64,000 nt of DNA, taken from contig DATHBB010000171.1 in the NCBI GenBank assembly GCA_035296385.1, forward strand, positions 7,329 to 71,328, written 5' to 3'. Positions within the stretch are counted from its first letter, which is position 1. Every line of letters starts with the position of its first letter. The position numbers and the translations under genes were made by a program. Below, piece by piece: positions 1 to 8,463 of the stretch. The notes under the pieces were generated by a model. It did not search any database. It was not told the DNA's origin and saw nothing but the letters and a program-made list of their open reading frames with translations. This DNA is from Pyrinomonadaceae bacterium. GTDB lineage: Bacteria > Acidobacteriota > Blastocatellia > Pyrinomonadales > Pyrinomonadaceae.

Positions 1-467
1 AGTACGCGGCCAAGGAAGAACAGATCGGCAGCGAGGCGATGCGCACCTACGAGCGCATCATCATGCTCAACATCATTGACGCGCAGTGGAAAGATCACCT
101 CCTCTCGCTCGACCACCTGAAGCAGGGCATCGGCCTCGTCGGCTACGGGCAGAAAGACCCGCTCGTCGAATACAAGAAGCAGAGCTTCGATCTCTTCCAG
201 GCGATGCTCGACCGCATTGACACGAACACGATCCGCTCGCTCTTCAACTTGCAGGTCGTCGCCGAGCAAGCGCCCGAACAGTTGCAGCAAAAGCGACGCC
301 GCACGCCGACCTCGATGACCTTCACGGGGCCGAACCAGACGGCCGCCGCCGCCGGGACGGACGAGGGCAAGATCAGAACCGTCACGCGCGACCAGCCCAA
401 AGTGGGGAGGAACGACCCCTGCGCCTGCGGTTCCGGCAAGAAGTCCAAGAAGTGCTGCGCCGCGTAA
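1..467 (+). CDS. secA: Preprotein translocase ATPase SecA, C-terminal fragment (5' end outside window)
   Basis: Frame +3 is open from the window edge. The translation DAQWKDHLLSLDHLKQGIGLVGYGQKDPLVEYKKQSF and the zinc-binding tail GRNDPCACGSGKKSKKCC are the SecA C-terminal signature. Confidence 0.9.
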   Translation, partial: YAAKEEQIGSEAMRTYERIIMLNIIDAQWKDHLLSLDHLKQGIGLVGYGQKDPLVEYKKQSFDLFQAMLDRIDTNTIRSLFNLQVVAEQAPEQLQQKRRRTPTSMTFTGPNQTAAAAGTDEGKIRTVTRDQPKVGRNDPCACGSGKKSKKCCAA

Positions 468-505
468 ATCCGGGGCGCGCTCTCCGATACAGAGGTGTTT
501 TAGTG

Positions 506-1600
506 ATGCTTCTTCCTCGCCGGTCGTCAACACTCCTGAAACTCTTCTTCGTCTGCGCGTGCCTGTTGGGGACAGGCACGCGCGCGCAGGAGGAGACGGT
601 GGGACCAACCGCCGCTGCCGCAGGCGTCGTGCATGCCGACACGGTGCGCGCCATCGAACTCTACAAACAGGGCAGCCACGCGCAGGCGGCCGACATTTTG
701 CGTCGCGCGGTCAAGCAGCGTAAAACGGACGCGCAGGCGTGGCTCCATCTCGGCATCGCACTCTCTCGCGCGGGCAAGTCGAAAGACGCGCGCAAGGCGT
801 TCGAGCAAACGCTCAAACTGAGTCCGCACACCCCTCAAGCCCATATCGGCATGGCTTACATCTACATGGACGAGAACAAGCCGGCCGAAGCCGAACAGCA
901 CGCGGTGCGCGCCGTCTCGATTGCTCCGAGGAACGCCGAGGCGCATTACGCGCTCGGGTTAATCGCCCTGCGGCAAGGCTCCGCCGCAAAAGCGTTGGCC
1001 GAAGCCGACACGACCTTGCGGCTCAATCCTGATTTCGTCGGCGCGTTAATTTTGAAAACGGAAGCGACGGTGGAGGTCTATACCGCCGCCAATGCCCAGA
1101 AGGTGGCAAAGTATCGTATGCTGAAGCAGCCCACGCCCCCGCTTACGCCGGAGGAGCGAGCCGAGAGCGGCAAGATGTTGAGGGAGGCGGCCGAGAGCGT
1201 GGAGAAATATCTCAGGCTGTCTCCCGCTTCGCCCGCCGCGGCGCGTCTGCGCGAGCAGGCCGAGGCGCTGCGCTGGCACGCCGAAGTGTTGGCCGAAAGC
1301 GATGCGCCGTTTGCTTACGCCGCCGATGCCGTCACCACGAAAGCGCAAATCGTCTCAAAGCCGGAACCGCTCTACACGGACGAGGCGCGAAACAACGGCA
1401 TCTCCGGCACGGTTCGTTTGAGGATGCTGCTCGCTTTTGACGGACGGGTCAGGCATATTTCCGTCCTGCAAGGTCTGGCAGGCGGGCTGACGGAAATGGC
1501 CGTCAATGCGGCGCGCAAGATCAAGTTCACCCCGGCCACTAAGGACGGTCGTCCCGTCTCGCAGTTCGTTACCATCGAGTACAACTTCCACATTTTCTGA
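506..1600 (+). CDS. TPR-repeat protein with TonB C-terminal domain
   Basis: Start moved to ATG 506 because 452 overlaps secA. Signal-like N-terminus MLLPRRSSTLLKLFFVCACLLG. TPR-like repeats (AQAWLHLGIALSRAGKSKDARKAFEQTLKLSP, AEAHYALGLIALRQG). TonB-C-like end (KPEPLYTDEARNNGISGTVRLRMLLAFDGRV ... IKFTPATKDGRPV). Confidence 0.8.
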   Translation: MLLPRRSSTLLKLFFVCACLLGTGTRAQEETVGPTAAAAGVVHADTVRAIELYKQGSHAQAADILRRAVKQRKTDAQAWLHLGIALSRAGKSKDARKAFEQTLKLSPHTPQAHIGMAYIYMDENKPAEAEQHAVRAVSIAPRNAEAHYALGLIALRQGSAAKALAEADTTLRLNPDFVGALILKTEATVEVYTAANAQKVAKYRMLKQPTPPLTPEERAESGKMLREAAESVEKYLRLSPASPAAARLREQAEALRWHAEVLAESDAPFAYAADAVTTKAQIVSKPEPLYTDEARNNGISGTVRLRMLLAFDGRVRHISVLQGLAGGLTEMAVNAARKIKFTPATKDGRPVSQFVTIEYNFHIF

Positions 1601-1666
1601 GTTGCCGAAACTATAATCAACGTCTCCCCGCGCCTCGGCGCAACTTCCTTTCGGGCATAACTTTTC

Positions 1667-2878
1667 ATGGCCGCAAACACTACTTCCACCAACCCGGTCG
1701 TGCAGGCCATCGCGGCGGGCACGGCTCCGCAGACGGCGCGCTTGATGGCGGCGCGCGGGCTGTTGCCGCTGGCCGAAGACGAACTGTTGGAAGTGTTGGT
1801 GACGCTCAGCGCCGACGAGAACCCGGAGATCGTCGCCGCCGCCGCCGAGACGCTCGACGCGCAACCCGGCGAGACGCTGCTGACCGTCGCTTCCGCCAGC
1901 GGGACTTCGCCCGCCGTGCTCTCTTATCTTGCCAGCCGCACCGGCGCGCCGAAGGAAGTGCATGAGGCCGTCACGCTGAATGCCGCCACGCCCGACGAGG
2001 CCATCACCCGATTAGCCTCCTCCACCTCGGACGGCTCGCTCCTCGAACTCATCTCCATCAACCAGCAGCGTCTCATCCGCACGCCCGGCATCATCGAGGC
2101 GTTGCTCTCAAACCCCGCGCGCACGAATGACGCGGAGCGGCGCGCGCAGGAAACGAAGCGCGAATTTTTCGAGAAGGAACGCGGCGCGCAGCAGGTGGCC
2201 GACGAGATGCGAGCGCGCGGGATGACGGCCGCCGCCGAGTTCGTCGAGGCGGCCGAGTCCATCGGCACGACTTCCGGCTTAACCTACGACGACGCGTGGC
2301 TGCTCGCGGAACACATCGAAGTCTCCGACGCGGACATTGACGATTCCTGGCTGCCGCTCGAAAGGATGGAGGAGTTCTTCACCGAGAGCGAGGAGCAGCG
2401 CACCGCCAACCTCGAACGCATCATCGCCGAGACACATGCAGAGGGCGGCGAAGTCGAACCCGAACGCATCTCGCTCATCCGGCGCGTGATGCTGATGAAC
2501 GTCAAAGATCGCGTCAAACTCGCGATGAAGGGCGACCGCGAGGCGCGCGGCATCCTCATACGCGATTCCAACAAGGTGGTCGCCACCGCCGTCATACACA
2601 ACCCGCGCATGACCGACAAGGAGGTGGAAAGCATCTCCGCCATGCGCACCGTCTCCGACGAAGTGCTGCGCCTCATCGCACAGAACCGCGCGTGGGCGCG
2701 CAACTATCCCGTCATCCACAACCTCGCGCGCAACCCGCGCACGCCCATCGCCACCGCCATCAACGTCCTGCTGCGGCTCCAAACCAAAGACCTGCAAAAC
2801 ATCTCTCAGAATCGCAACGTCTCCGAGGCCGTCCGCCGCCAGGCCCAACGCCTCGCCCAGACACGCAGCGGACGCTAA
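1667..2878 (+). CDS. Hypothetical alpha-helical repeat protein
   Basis: 403-codon ORF with coding-like composition and Ala/Leu/Glu-rich repeats. No family recognised. It ends 5 nt before hairpin element H1. Confidence 0.65.
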   Translation: MAANTTSTNPVVQAIAAGTAPQTARLMAARGLLPLAEDELLEVLVTLSADENPEIVAAAAETLDAQPGETLLTVASASGTSPAVLSYLASRTGAPKEVHEAVTLNAATPDEAITRLASSTSDGSLLELISINQQRLIRTPGIIEALLSNPARTNDAERRAQETKREFFEKERGAQQVADEMRARGMTAAAEFVEAAESIGTTSGLTYDDAWLLAEHIEVSDADIDDSWLPLERMEEFFTESEEQRTANLERIIAETHAEGGEVEPERISLIRRVMLMNVKDRVKLAMKGDREARGILIRDSNKVVATAVIHNPRMTDKEVESISAMRTVSDEVLRLIAQNRAWARNYPVIHNLARNPRTPIATAINVLLRLQTKDLQNISQNRNVSEAVRRQAQRLAQTRSGR

Positions 2879-2883
2879 AAAAC

Positions 2884-2968
2884 AGTGACAAGTGACAGGT
2901 GACAAGTGACAAGTTAAAGCAAAAGAATTTGTCTTTAACTTGTCACTTGTCACCTGTCACTCGTCACT
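2884..2968. repeat. Heptad-periodic palindromic element H1 (GTGACAR family)
   Basis: Left arm 2884..2919 is agtgacaagtgacaggtgacaagtgacaagttaaag. Right arm 2933..2968 is its reverse complement with 1 mismatch in 36. The loop is 13 nt (caaaagaatttgt). It lies between convergent genes and its last base overlaps the stop codon of the minus-strand gene. Confidence 0.95.
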
Positions 2969-3498
2969 TAAAAGATTTCAGAGCCTTTGCGCAGAACAGA
3001 CCACGCGACATCGGTGAGCGTGTGGCTGGCCGCGCCCCACCAGAGACCGGCGAGCGCGGCGAGCGCGGCGGCGCGCCCCGTGCCTTCCAGCCGCACGCCC
3101 GCCTCTACGGCGCGCCATGCGCCGAGGAGTTCGCCGAAATCGGGCGGCGCGCCCGCGACGACGAGAGCGCGCAGGTAGACGGCCGCGATTGTCACCAGCG
3201 ACAGCATGAAGGCGAAATAGACGACGCGGATAAGCGTGCCGAAGATGATGCCATGCGACCAGCGCGAACGGTGTCGGAACATCACCTTGTAAGGCCACCA
3301 GATGAAACGAAACACGCCCCAGCGCGTGTACTGGCGCGACTGTATATCGAGGTCAGGTCCGAACATCAGCCCGCCGAACAGCATCGCGCCCGTCGTCACC
3401 GACGCCAGCAGCAGACTCCCCGTCACGCCCCACGCGGCGACGAAAGTCGGCGCGGTGAGCAACAGCGTAATCGCGTCGTGTGTTTTTCCAGAAGGCAT
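2968..3498 (-). CDS. Membrane protein resembling DUF2227 (putative metal-binding protein)
   Basis: N-terminus MPSGKTHDAITL and the motif FGPDLDIQSRQYTRWG ... HRSRWSHG, with several hydrophobic helices, match my recollection of the DUF2227/COG2389 family. Confidence 0.65.
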   Translation of the reverse strand: MPSGKTHDAITLLLTAPTFVAAWGVTGSLLLASVTTGAMLFGGLMFGPDLDIQSRQYTRWGVFRFIWWPYKVMFRHRSRWSHGIIFGTLIRVVYFAFMLSLVTIAAVYLRALVVAGAPPDFGELLGAWRAVEAGVRLEGTGRAAALAALAGLWWGAASHTLTDVAWSVLRKGSEIF

Positions 3499-3504
3499 AA
3501 GAGC

Positions 3505-3586
3505 AGAGGTTAGAGGTCAGAGGTCAGAGGTCAGTTAAAGCAACTTCTGTCTTTTACTGACCTCTGACCTCTAACCTCTGACCTCT
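3505..3586. repeat. Heptad-periodic palindromic element H2 (AGAGGTY family)
   Basis: Arms are 3505..3540 (agaggttagaggtcagaggtcagaggtcagttaaag) and 3551..3586, about 33/36 complementary, with a 10-nt loop. It lies between divergently transcribed genes, 6 nt from the start codon at 3498. Confidence 0.9.
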
Positions 3587-3683
3587 AAGGTATAGCATGT
3601 GCGCGCGCGACGACGCAAAAACGGCCGTTTGCCAGTCGCGGCGAGGGCGCGCTACACTGTCGCGCCTCGTCGGGTGCTGGTTA

Positions 3684-4676
3684 ATGAGTAAACACGGAAA
3701 ATTTCAGACGACTTTAGAATACGCCGTCACGCGCGCCCTGCTCGGCGGCCTCGGACTGTTGCCGCGCCCGGCGGCGGTCGCCACGGGTCGCGCGGCCGGC
3801 AGGCTCGCGCACAAGTTCGCGGGCGGCCTGCGTCGCACCGGCCAAATCAACCTCAAACTCGCTTTCCCCGAAATGGACCAGCGCGAGCGCGCGAAGATGC
3901 TGCGCGCGTCTTTCGACAATCTGGGACGCTTGCTCGGCGAGTTCAGCCAGTTTCCGCGCGCGACCCCGGAGAGCTTGCGCAAGCTGGTCGAGTACGATCA
4001 GGTCGGTCTGAGGCATTTGCGCGAGGCCGAGGGACAGGGGCGCGGCGTCATCTTCCTGACGGCTCATCTGGGCGCGTGGGAGTTTCTCAGTTTCGCCTGG
4101 TCTGCGCTCGAATACCCGATCAGTTTTCTCGTGCGCCCGATAGACAATCCGCGCGTCGAGGAGTTCATAGAGGGCATCCGCACACGCTACGGCAACACGG
4201 CCATCAATAAGAAAATGGCCGCGCGCCAGGCGTTGCGCGTCCTGCGCGACGGCGGCACGCTCGGCATTCTGGCCGACCTCAACACGCACCCGAACGAAGG
4301 CGTCTTCGTCCCCTTCTTCGGCCACCTCGCCTGCACCACCTCCGGCGTCGCCACGCTCGCCCTGCGCACGGACGCGCTCGTCATCCCCACCTGCGCCGTG
4401 TGGGACAAAGAGCGCGGCCGTTTCTTCTTTCACGGCGACCCACCCGTCGAATTAGTCCGCACCGGCGACGACAAACGCGACATCGAGACAAACACGGCAA
4501 ACTTCGCCGCCGCCATCGAACGCATGATCCGCGCCTACCCGGAACAGTGGCTCTGGATTCACAAACGCTGGCGCACTCGCCCCGCCGGAGAGCCTGATTT
4601 CTATAGCCGCCGGGAACAGTTCGACACAAAAGAGCCACAACTGACCGCTCCTACCAGCCGCAACAGCTTCTCCTGA
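3684..4676 (+). CDS. Lipid A biosynthesis (Kdo2-lipid IVA) acyltransferase family protein, LpxL/HtrB-like
   Basis: Start chosen at ATG 3684 (MSKHGKFQTTLEYAV). Typical N-terminal helix. LKLAFPEMDQRERAKMLRASFDNLGRLLGEF and VIFLTAHLGAWEF (H-x4-E-type acyltransferase motif) are characteristic of the LpxL/HtrB family. Confidence 0.8.
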   Translation: MSKHGKFQTTLEYAVTRALLGGLGLLPRPAAVATGRAAGRLAHKFAGGLRRTGQINLKLAFPEMDQRERAKMLRASFDNLGRLLGEFSQFPRATPESLRKLVEYDQVGLRHLREAEGQGRGVIFLTAHLGAWEFLSFAWSALEYPISFLVRPIDNPRVEEFIEGIRTRYGNTAINKKMAARQALRVLRDGGTLGILADLNTHPNEGVFVPFFGHLACTTSGVATLALRTDALVIPTCAVWDKERGRFFFHGDPPVELVRTGDDKRDIETNTANFAAAIERMIRAYPEQWLWIHKRWRTRPAGEPDFYSRREQFDTKEPQLTAPTSRNSFS

Positions 4677-4794
4677 GCACAAATTTCAAAACTTTTTTCT
4701 TTACCGAACATACCTTCTTACTCTTTATTATCAACACTTAGCTCTCAACCCGAATCTCCTTGTCACAAAATTGTCATTTTTTTGCATTTTATTG

Positions 4795-4824
4795 TTGACA
4801 TCCCGCAAAGGTTTAGTGTAATTT
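4795..4824 (+). promoter_or_regulatory. Sigma70-like promoter candidate (TTGACA, 17-18 nt spacer, GTAATT/TAATTT)
   Basis: TTGACA at 4795..4800 and a TAAT-containing -10 at about 4818..4824, inside an AT-rich intergenic island. Confidence 0.4.
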
Positions 4825-4830
4825 CACACA

Positions 4831-5126
4831 CGTCGGAGGGCAGTAAGTTTTATAACAAAGTTCTTAAAAGAGACTGTCCTTCGAGATTTTTGAAAGCAGA
4901 AGACTTTAGGCCAGATGCTACTGGACGGAAGAGGCCAGTTTTACGAAACATTCATTTTTCCGAGCCTTGCAATTTTAACTCGCCCGTACCAACGCAGCCG
5001 ACCAACATGCCGGATCGCCCGTAAGCGACGATCTCCAGCGCCCAAGTCAACGCCACCCTGAATCTCCGAGCCTGCCCCAAAATTTCAGCCTCGTTAGTCC
5101 CCAAACTAACGAGGCTGCTTCTCTTT
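4831..5126 (+). ncRNA. Candidate orphan small RNA (promoter-to-terminator unit, about 300 nt)
   Basis: Bounded by the promoter candidate at 4795..4824 and the terminator at 5086..5126. No convincing ORF or RBS inside. AT-rich compared with the flanks. No known RNA family recognised. Confidence 0.3.
5086..5126. terminator. Rho-independent terminator, probably bidirectional
   Basis: Stem cagcctcgttagt / actaacgaggctg (13 bp) with a 6-nt loop. It is followed by cttctcttt on the plus strand and preceded by aaaattt, which gives a U-tract on the minus strand downstream of fabG. Confidence 0.75.
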
Positions 5127-5207
5127 GCAGCAATCAATTTTCGGCAGACGCCGGTTCGACGGTAACTTTTCCCACTACTCGCGAACTCCCCTTCGCAAGC
5201 GACCGTC

Positions 5208-5969
5208 TCACATCGCCAGCCCGCCGTCCACCTGAATCACCTGTCCCGTGATGTAACGCGCCGCCGGTGAAACCAGAAAACACGCGATCTCGGCGACTTC
5301 CTGCGTCTCGGCGAAGCGTCCGAGCGGAATCTGTTCGAGCAGCTTCGTCTTGTAAGCGTCGTCGAGCGCGCCCGACATGTCGGTGGCGACGAGTCCGAGC
5401 GCGAGCGCGTTGACCGTCACCTTGCGGCTCGCCACCTCTTTCGCCAGAGCCTTCGTCAAACCCACAAGCCCCGCCTTCGACGCAGAGTAATTCGATTGTC
5501 CGGCCATCCCGACCAACCCGCTGATGGAGGAGATGTTCAAGACCGAGCCGCCCTCTTCCTGCCTGAGCATCACGCGCAGCGCGGCGCGCGCGAAGTTCCA
5601 GGGGCCTTTCAAATTCGTGTCCACGACAGCGTCCCAATCGGCTTCCTTCATGCGCAGGATCAGGTTATCGCGCGTGACGCCCGCGTTGTTGACGAGAAAA
5701 TCTATGCGCCCGAACGCCTCTTTGGTCTGCTTGACCATTTCGGCCACGGCCTCCGTCTGCGCCACGTCGCACTGCGTCGCCACGGCTTTCACGCCGAGCG
5801 ACTCGATCTCTGTGCGCAACTCTTCGGCGGCCTCCGCGCTCTTCGCGTAGTTGAACGCGACATGCGCGCCGCGCCTCGCCAGCTCGAGCGCGATGGCGCG
5901 ACCGATGCCGCGCGTCGCCCCGGTCACAATCGCCGCCCGCCCGTCGAAAGGTTTAGTTGCGTCGCCCAA
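5208..5969 (-). CDS. fabG: 3-oxoacyl-ACP reductase (SDR family)
   Basis: TTG start at 5969 is preceded by GAAGGAGG. Motifs: TGATRGIGRAIA (cofactor binding), NNAG, and the catalytic YSASKAG. The end-to-end sequence is FabG-like. Confidence 0.85.
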   Translation of the reverse strand: MGDATKPFDGRAAIVTGATRGIGRAIALELARRGAHVAFNYAKSAEAAEELRTEIESLGVKAVATQCDVAQTEAVAEMVKQTKEAFGRIDFLVNNAGVTRDNLILRMKEADWDAVVDTNLKGPWNFARAALRVMLRQEEGGSVLNISSISGLVGMAGQSNYSASKAGLVGLTKALAKEVASRKVTVNALALGLVATDMSGALDDAYKTKLLEQIPLGRFAETQEVAEIACFLVSPAARYITGQVIQVDGGLAM

Positions 5970-6019
5970 AATTTTCCTCCTTCGGTCATAAAGCAGACGC
6001 CGCCGCCGGGCGTCCACGC

Positions 6020-6895
6020 TTATTTGTTCAAATCCAACGAACGGAGATACTCCTTGAACTCCAGCGCGAGGTCTGGACGCTTCAAGGCGAACTCGACGGT
6101 CGCGATGAGGAAGCCGAGTTTGTCGCCCGCGTCGTGGCGCACGCCCTCGAAGCGCACGGCGTAGAAGGGTCTGCGCTTGAGCAGAGAACGCATGGCATCC
6201 GTGATCTGTATCTCGCCGCCCGCGCCGCGCTCGGTGCGTTCGATTTCGTCGAAGATGTCGGGCGTCAGGATGTAACGACCGATGATCGCGAGATCGGACG
6301 GCGCTTCGGCGAAGGGCGGTTTCTCCACCATGTCTCTGATCTTGTAGACGCCCTCGGCGATCTCTTCCGCGTCAATCGCGCCGAAGCGCGAAATGGCTTC
6401 GCCCTCAACCTGCATCGTGCCGATGACGGGCGCGTCGTACTCCTGGTAAACCCTGAGCATCTGCTCGATGGCGGGAGTTTCGCAGTCCATGATGTCGTCG
6501 GGGAGTATGACGGCGAAGGGTTCGCCGGCGACGAAGTCGCGCGCCTGTAGGATGGCGTGGCCGAGTCCGAGGGCTTCCTTCTGGCGGACGTAACTGATGC
6601 GCGCGAGATCGGAGACGGAGCGCGCAAGGGCGAGCAACTTGTCCTTGCCGCGTTCGCGCAAGGTGTGTTCGAGTTCGTAGGAGATGTCGAAGTGGTCTTC
6701 GATGGCGTTCTTGCCGCGCCCCGTGATGATGAGAATTGACTCGACGCCGGACGCGACCGCCTCTTCGACGCCGTACTGGATGAGCGGCTTATCCACGAGC
6801 GCGAGCATCTCCTTCGGCGACGCCTTCGTCGCCGGCAGAAAGCGCGTGCCCAAGCCCGCCGCGGGAAACACCGCCTTGCGAATTTTCTGTGCCAT
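6020..6895 (-). CDS. galU: UTP--glucose-1-phosphate uridylyltransferase
   Basis: Start at MAQKIRKAVFPAAGLGTRFLPATKASPKEMLALVDKPLIQY, the GalU N-terminal signature. Length about 291 aa. Confidence 0.9.
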   Translation of the reverse strand: MAQKIRKAVFPAAGLGTRFLPATKASPKEMLALVDKPLIQYGVEEAVASGVESILIITGRGKNAIEDHFDISYELEHTLRERGKDKLLALARSVSDLARISYVRQKEALGLGHAILQARDFVAGEPFAVILPDDIMDCETPAIEQMLRVYQEYDAPVIGTMQVEGEAISRFGAIDAEEIAEGVYKIRDMVEKPPFAEAPSDLAIIGRYILTPDIFDEIERTERGAGGEIQITDAMRSLLKRRPFYAVRFEGVRHDAGDKLGFLIATVEFALKRPDLALEFKEYLRSLDLNK

Positions 6896-7079
6896 ACTGG
6901 TCTGATTCCCCTTGCCGGAAATTTCACATTCGCCAAACGGATTAGTTGTCGCGAAAGGCGCGGGCGCAACAGGGCTACCGCTTGACACGCTCGCCGACGG
7001 TCGGCTAGCGTGACCCCTTTCATCAACCGGCACTGGCGAATAGAGACAACTTCATACCACACGTTAAAGGACAGCACAA

Positions 7080-8387
7080 ATGCTCGATCTCAACTTTGTA
7101 CGCGACAACTTAGACCGCGTCCGCGCCGCGCTCGAAGCGCGCAACGCGCCCACCGCCGCGCTCGACGACTTCGCGCGCATGGACGCGGAGCGGAGGCGCG
7201 TCATCGCCGAGTCCGACGAACTCAACGCCGGGCGCAACGCGGCGAGCCGACGGATCGGCGCGTTGATGAAGGAAGGACGACGCGATGAAGCGGAGGCCGA
7301 GCGTCTGGAGGTCGGCCAACTCAAGGAGCGCATCGCGGAACTCGACCGCCAGCGCGACGAAGCCGAGGCGAGCATGAAGACGCTGCTCTCGACGCTTCCC
7401 AATTTGCCGCACGAGTCTGTCCCCGTCGGCGCGGACGAATCGGCCAACACGGAAGCGCGGCGGTGGGGCGCGCCGCCCGAGTTCGATTTCGAGCCGAAGG
7501 ATCACGTTGACCTCGGCACGTCGCTGCGGATACTCGACCTCGAAGACGCGGCGAAGATCGCCAGCGCGCGTTTCGCCATCCTCTACGGCGCGGGTGCGCG
7601 CCTCGAACGTGCGCTCATCAACTTCATGCTCGACGTGCATACGAGCGAGCACGGTTACAGGGAGACGCTGCCGCCTTTCATCGTCAACGAAAAGGCTCTG
7701 TTCGGCACAGGGCAGCTACCGAAGTTCGAGCAAGACCTGTTCAAGCTGACCGACGAACGCGGCCTCTATCTCATTCCGACGGCGGAAGTGCCCGTCACCA
7801 ACATTCACCGCGATGAGATGATCGAAGAATTGGAACGGCCACTGAAGTTTGTGGCCTATACTCCCTGCTTCCGCTCCGAAGCGGGCAGCTACGGGCGCGA
7901 CACGCGCGGGCTGATCCGTCAGCACCAGTTTGATAAGGTGGAACTGGTTAAACTCGCGCGTCCCGAAAATTCTTATGAGGAACTGGAAGGACTGACCCGC
8001 GATGCCGAGACGATTCTGCAAAAGCTGGGTCTGCACTACCGGGTCGTCACCCTCTCGACCGGCGATCTCGGATTCGCCTCTGCCAAGACTTACGACATCG
8101 AAGTCTGGCTGCCCTCGCAGAACACTTTCCGTGAAATCTCTTCGTGCTCTAACTTCGAGTCGTTTCAGGCGCGGCGCGCGCAGATACGATTCCGGCGCGC
8201 GGGCGGGAAGCCCGAATACGTTCACACCTTGAACGGCTCGGGTCTCGCCGTCGGGCGCACGTGGCTCGCCATTCTGGAAAACTATCAACAGGCCGACGGC
8301 TCGATCCGCATCCCCGAAGCGTTGCGGCCATATATGAACGGGATGGAGAAGATCGAAGCGGAGTCTGATGTGTTGGGACAATTCTAA
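7080..8387 (+). CDS. serS: Seryl-tRNA synthetase
   Basis: [22 protein letters not shown] coiled-coil N-terminus and class II core motifs ([38 protein letters not shown]). Confidence 0.95.
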   Translation: MLDLNFVRDNLDRVRAALEARNAPTAALDDFARMDAERRRVIAESDELNAGRNAASRRIGALMKEGRRDEAEAERLEVGQLKERIAELDRQRDEAEASMKTLLSTLPNLPHESVPVGADESANTEARRWGAPPEFDFEPKDHVDLGTSLRILDLEDAAKIASARFAILYGAGARLERALINFMLDVHTSEHGYRETLPPFIVNEKALFGTGQLPKFEQDLFKLTDERGLYLIPTAEVPVTNIHRDEMIEELERPLKFVAYTPCFRSEAGSYGRDTRGLIRQHQFDKVELVKLARPENSYEELEGLTRDAETILQKLGLHYRVVTLSTGDLGFASAKTYDIEVWLPSQNTFREISSCSNFESFQARRAQIRFRRAGGKPEYVHTLNGSGLAVGRTWLAILENYQQADGSIRIPEALRPYMNGMEKIEAESDVLGQF

Positions 8388-8398
8388 ATTGACAGACA

Positions 8399-8436
8399 AC
8401 GAGACCCTGATGACTGCTCAATCATCAGGGTCTCGT
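8399..8436. terminator. Bidirectional hairpin terminator between convergent serS and sppA
   Basis: Perfect 15-bp stem acgagaccctgatga / tcatcagggtctcgt with an 8-nt loop. Confidence 0.75.
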
Positions 8437-8463
8437 CATTGTTAACCGCCTATCAATTACCGC

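Noticed and set aside
2899-3513. ORFs reading through hairpin elements (2899..3513 +, 2279..2953 -, 58821..59588 +), with peptides such as MTSDKLKQKNLSLTCHLSPVT
   Set aside because: They start inside the palindromic elements and then run antisense to well-supported genes. The similar N-terminal peptides simply reflect translated repeat DNA.
4782-5024. 80-aa ORF in the AT-rich island
   Set aside because: It begins upstream of the only plausible promoter, has no RBS, and its sequence is not protein-like. The region is better treated as a possible non-coding RNA.
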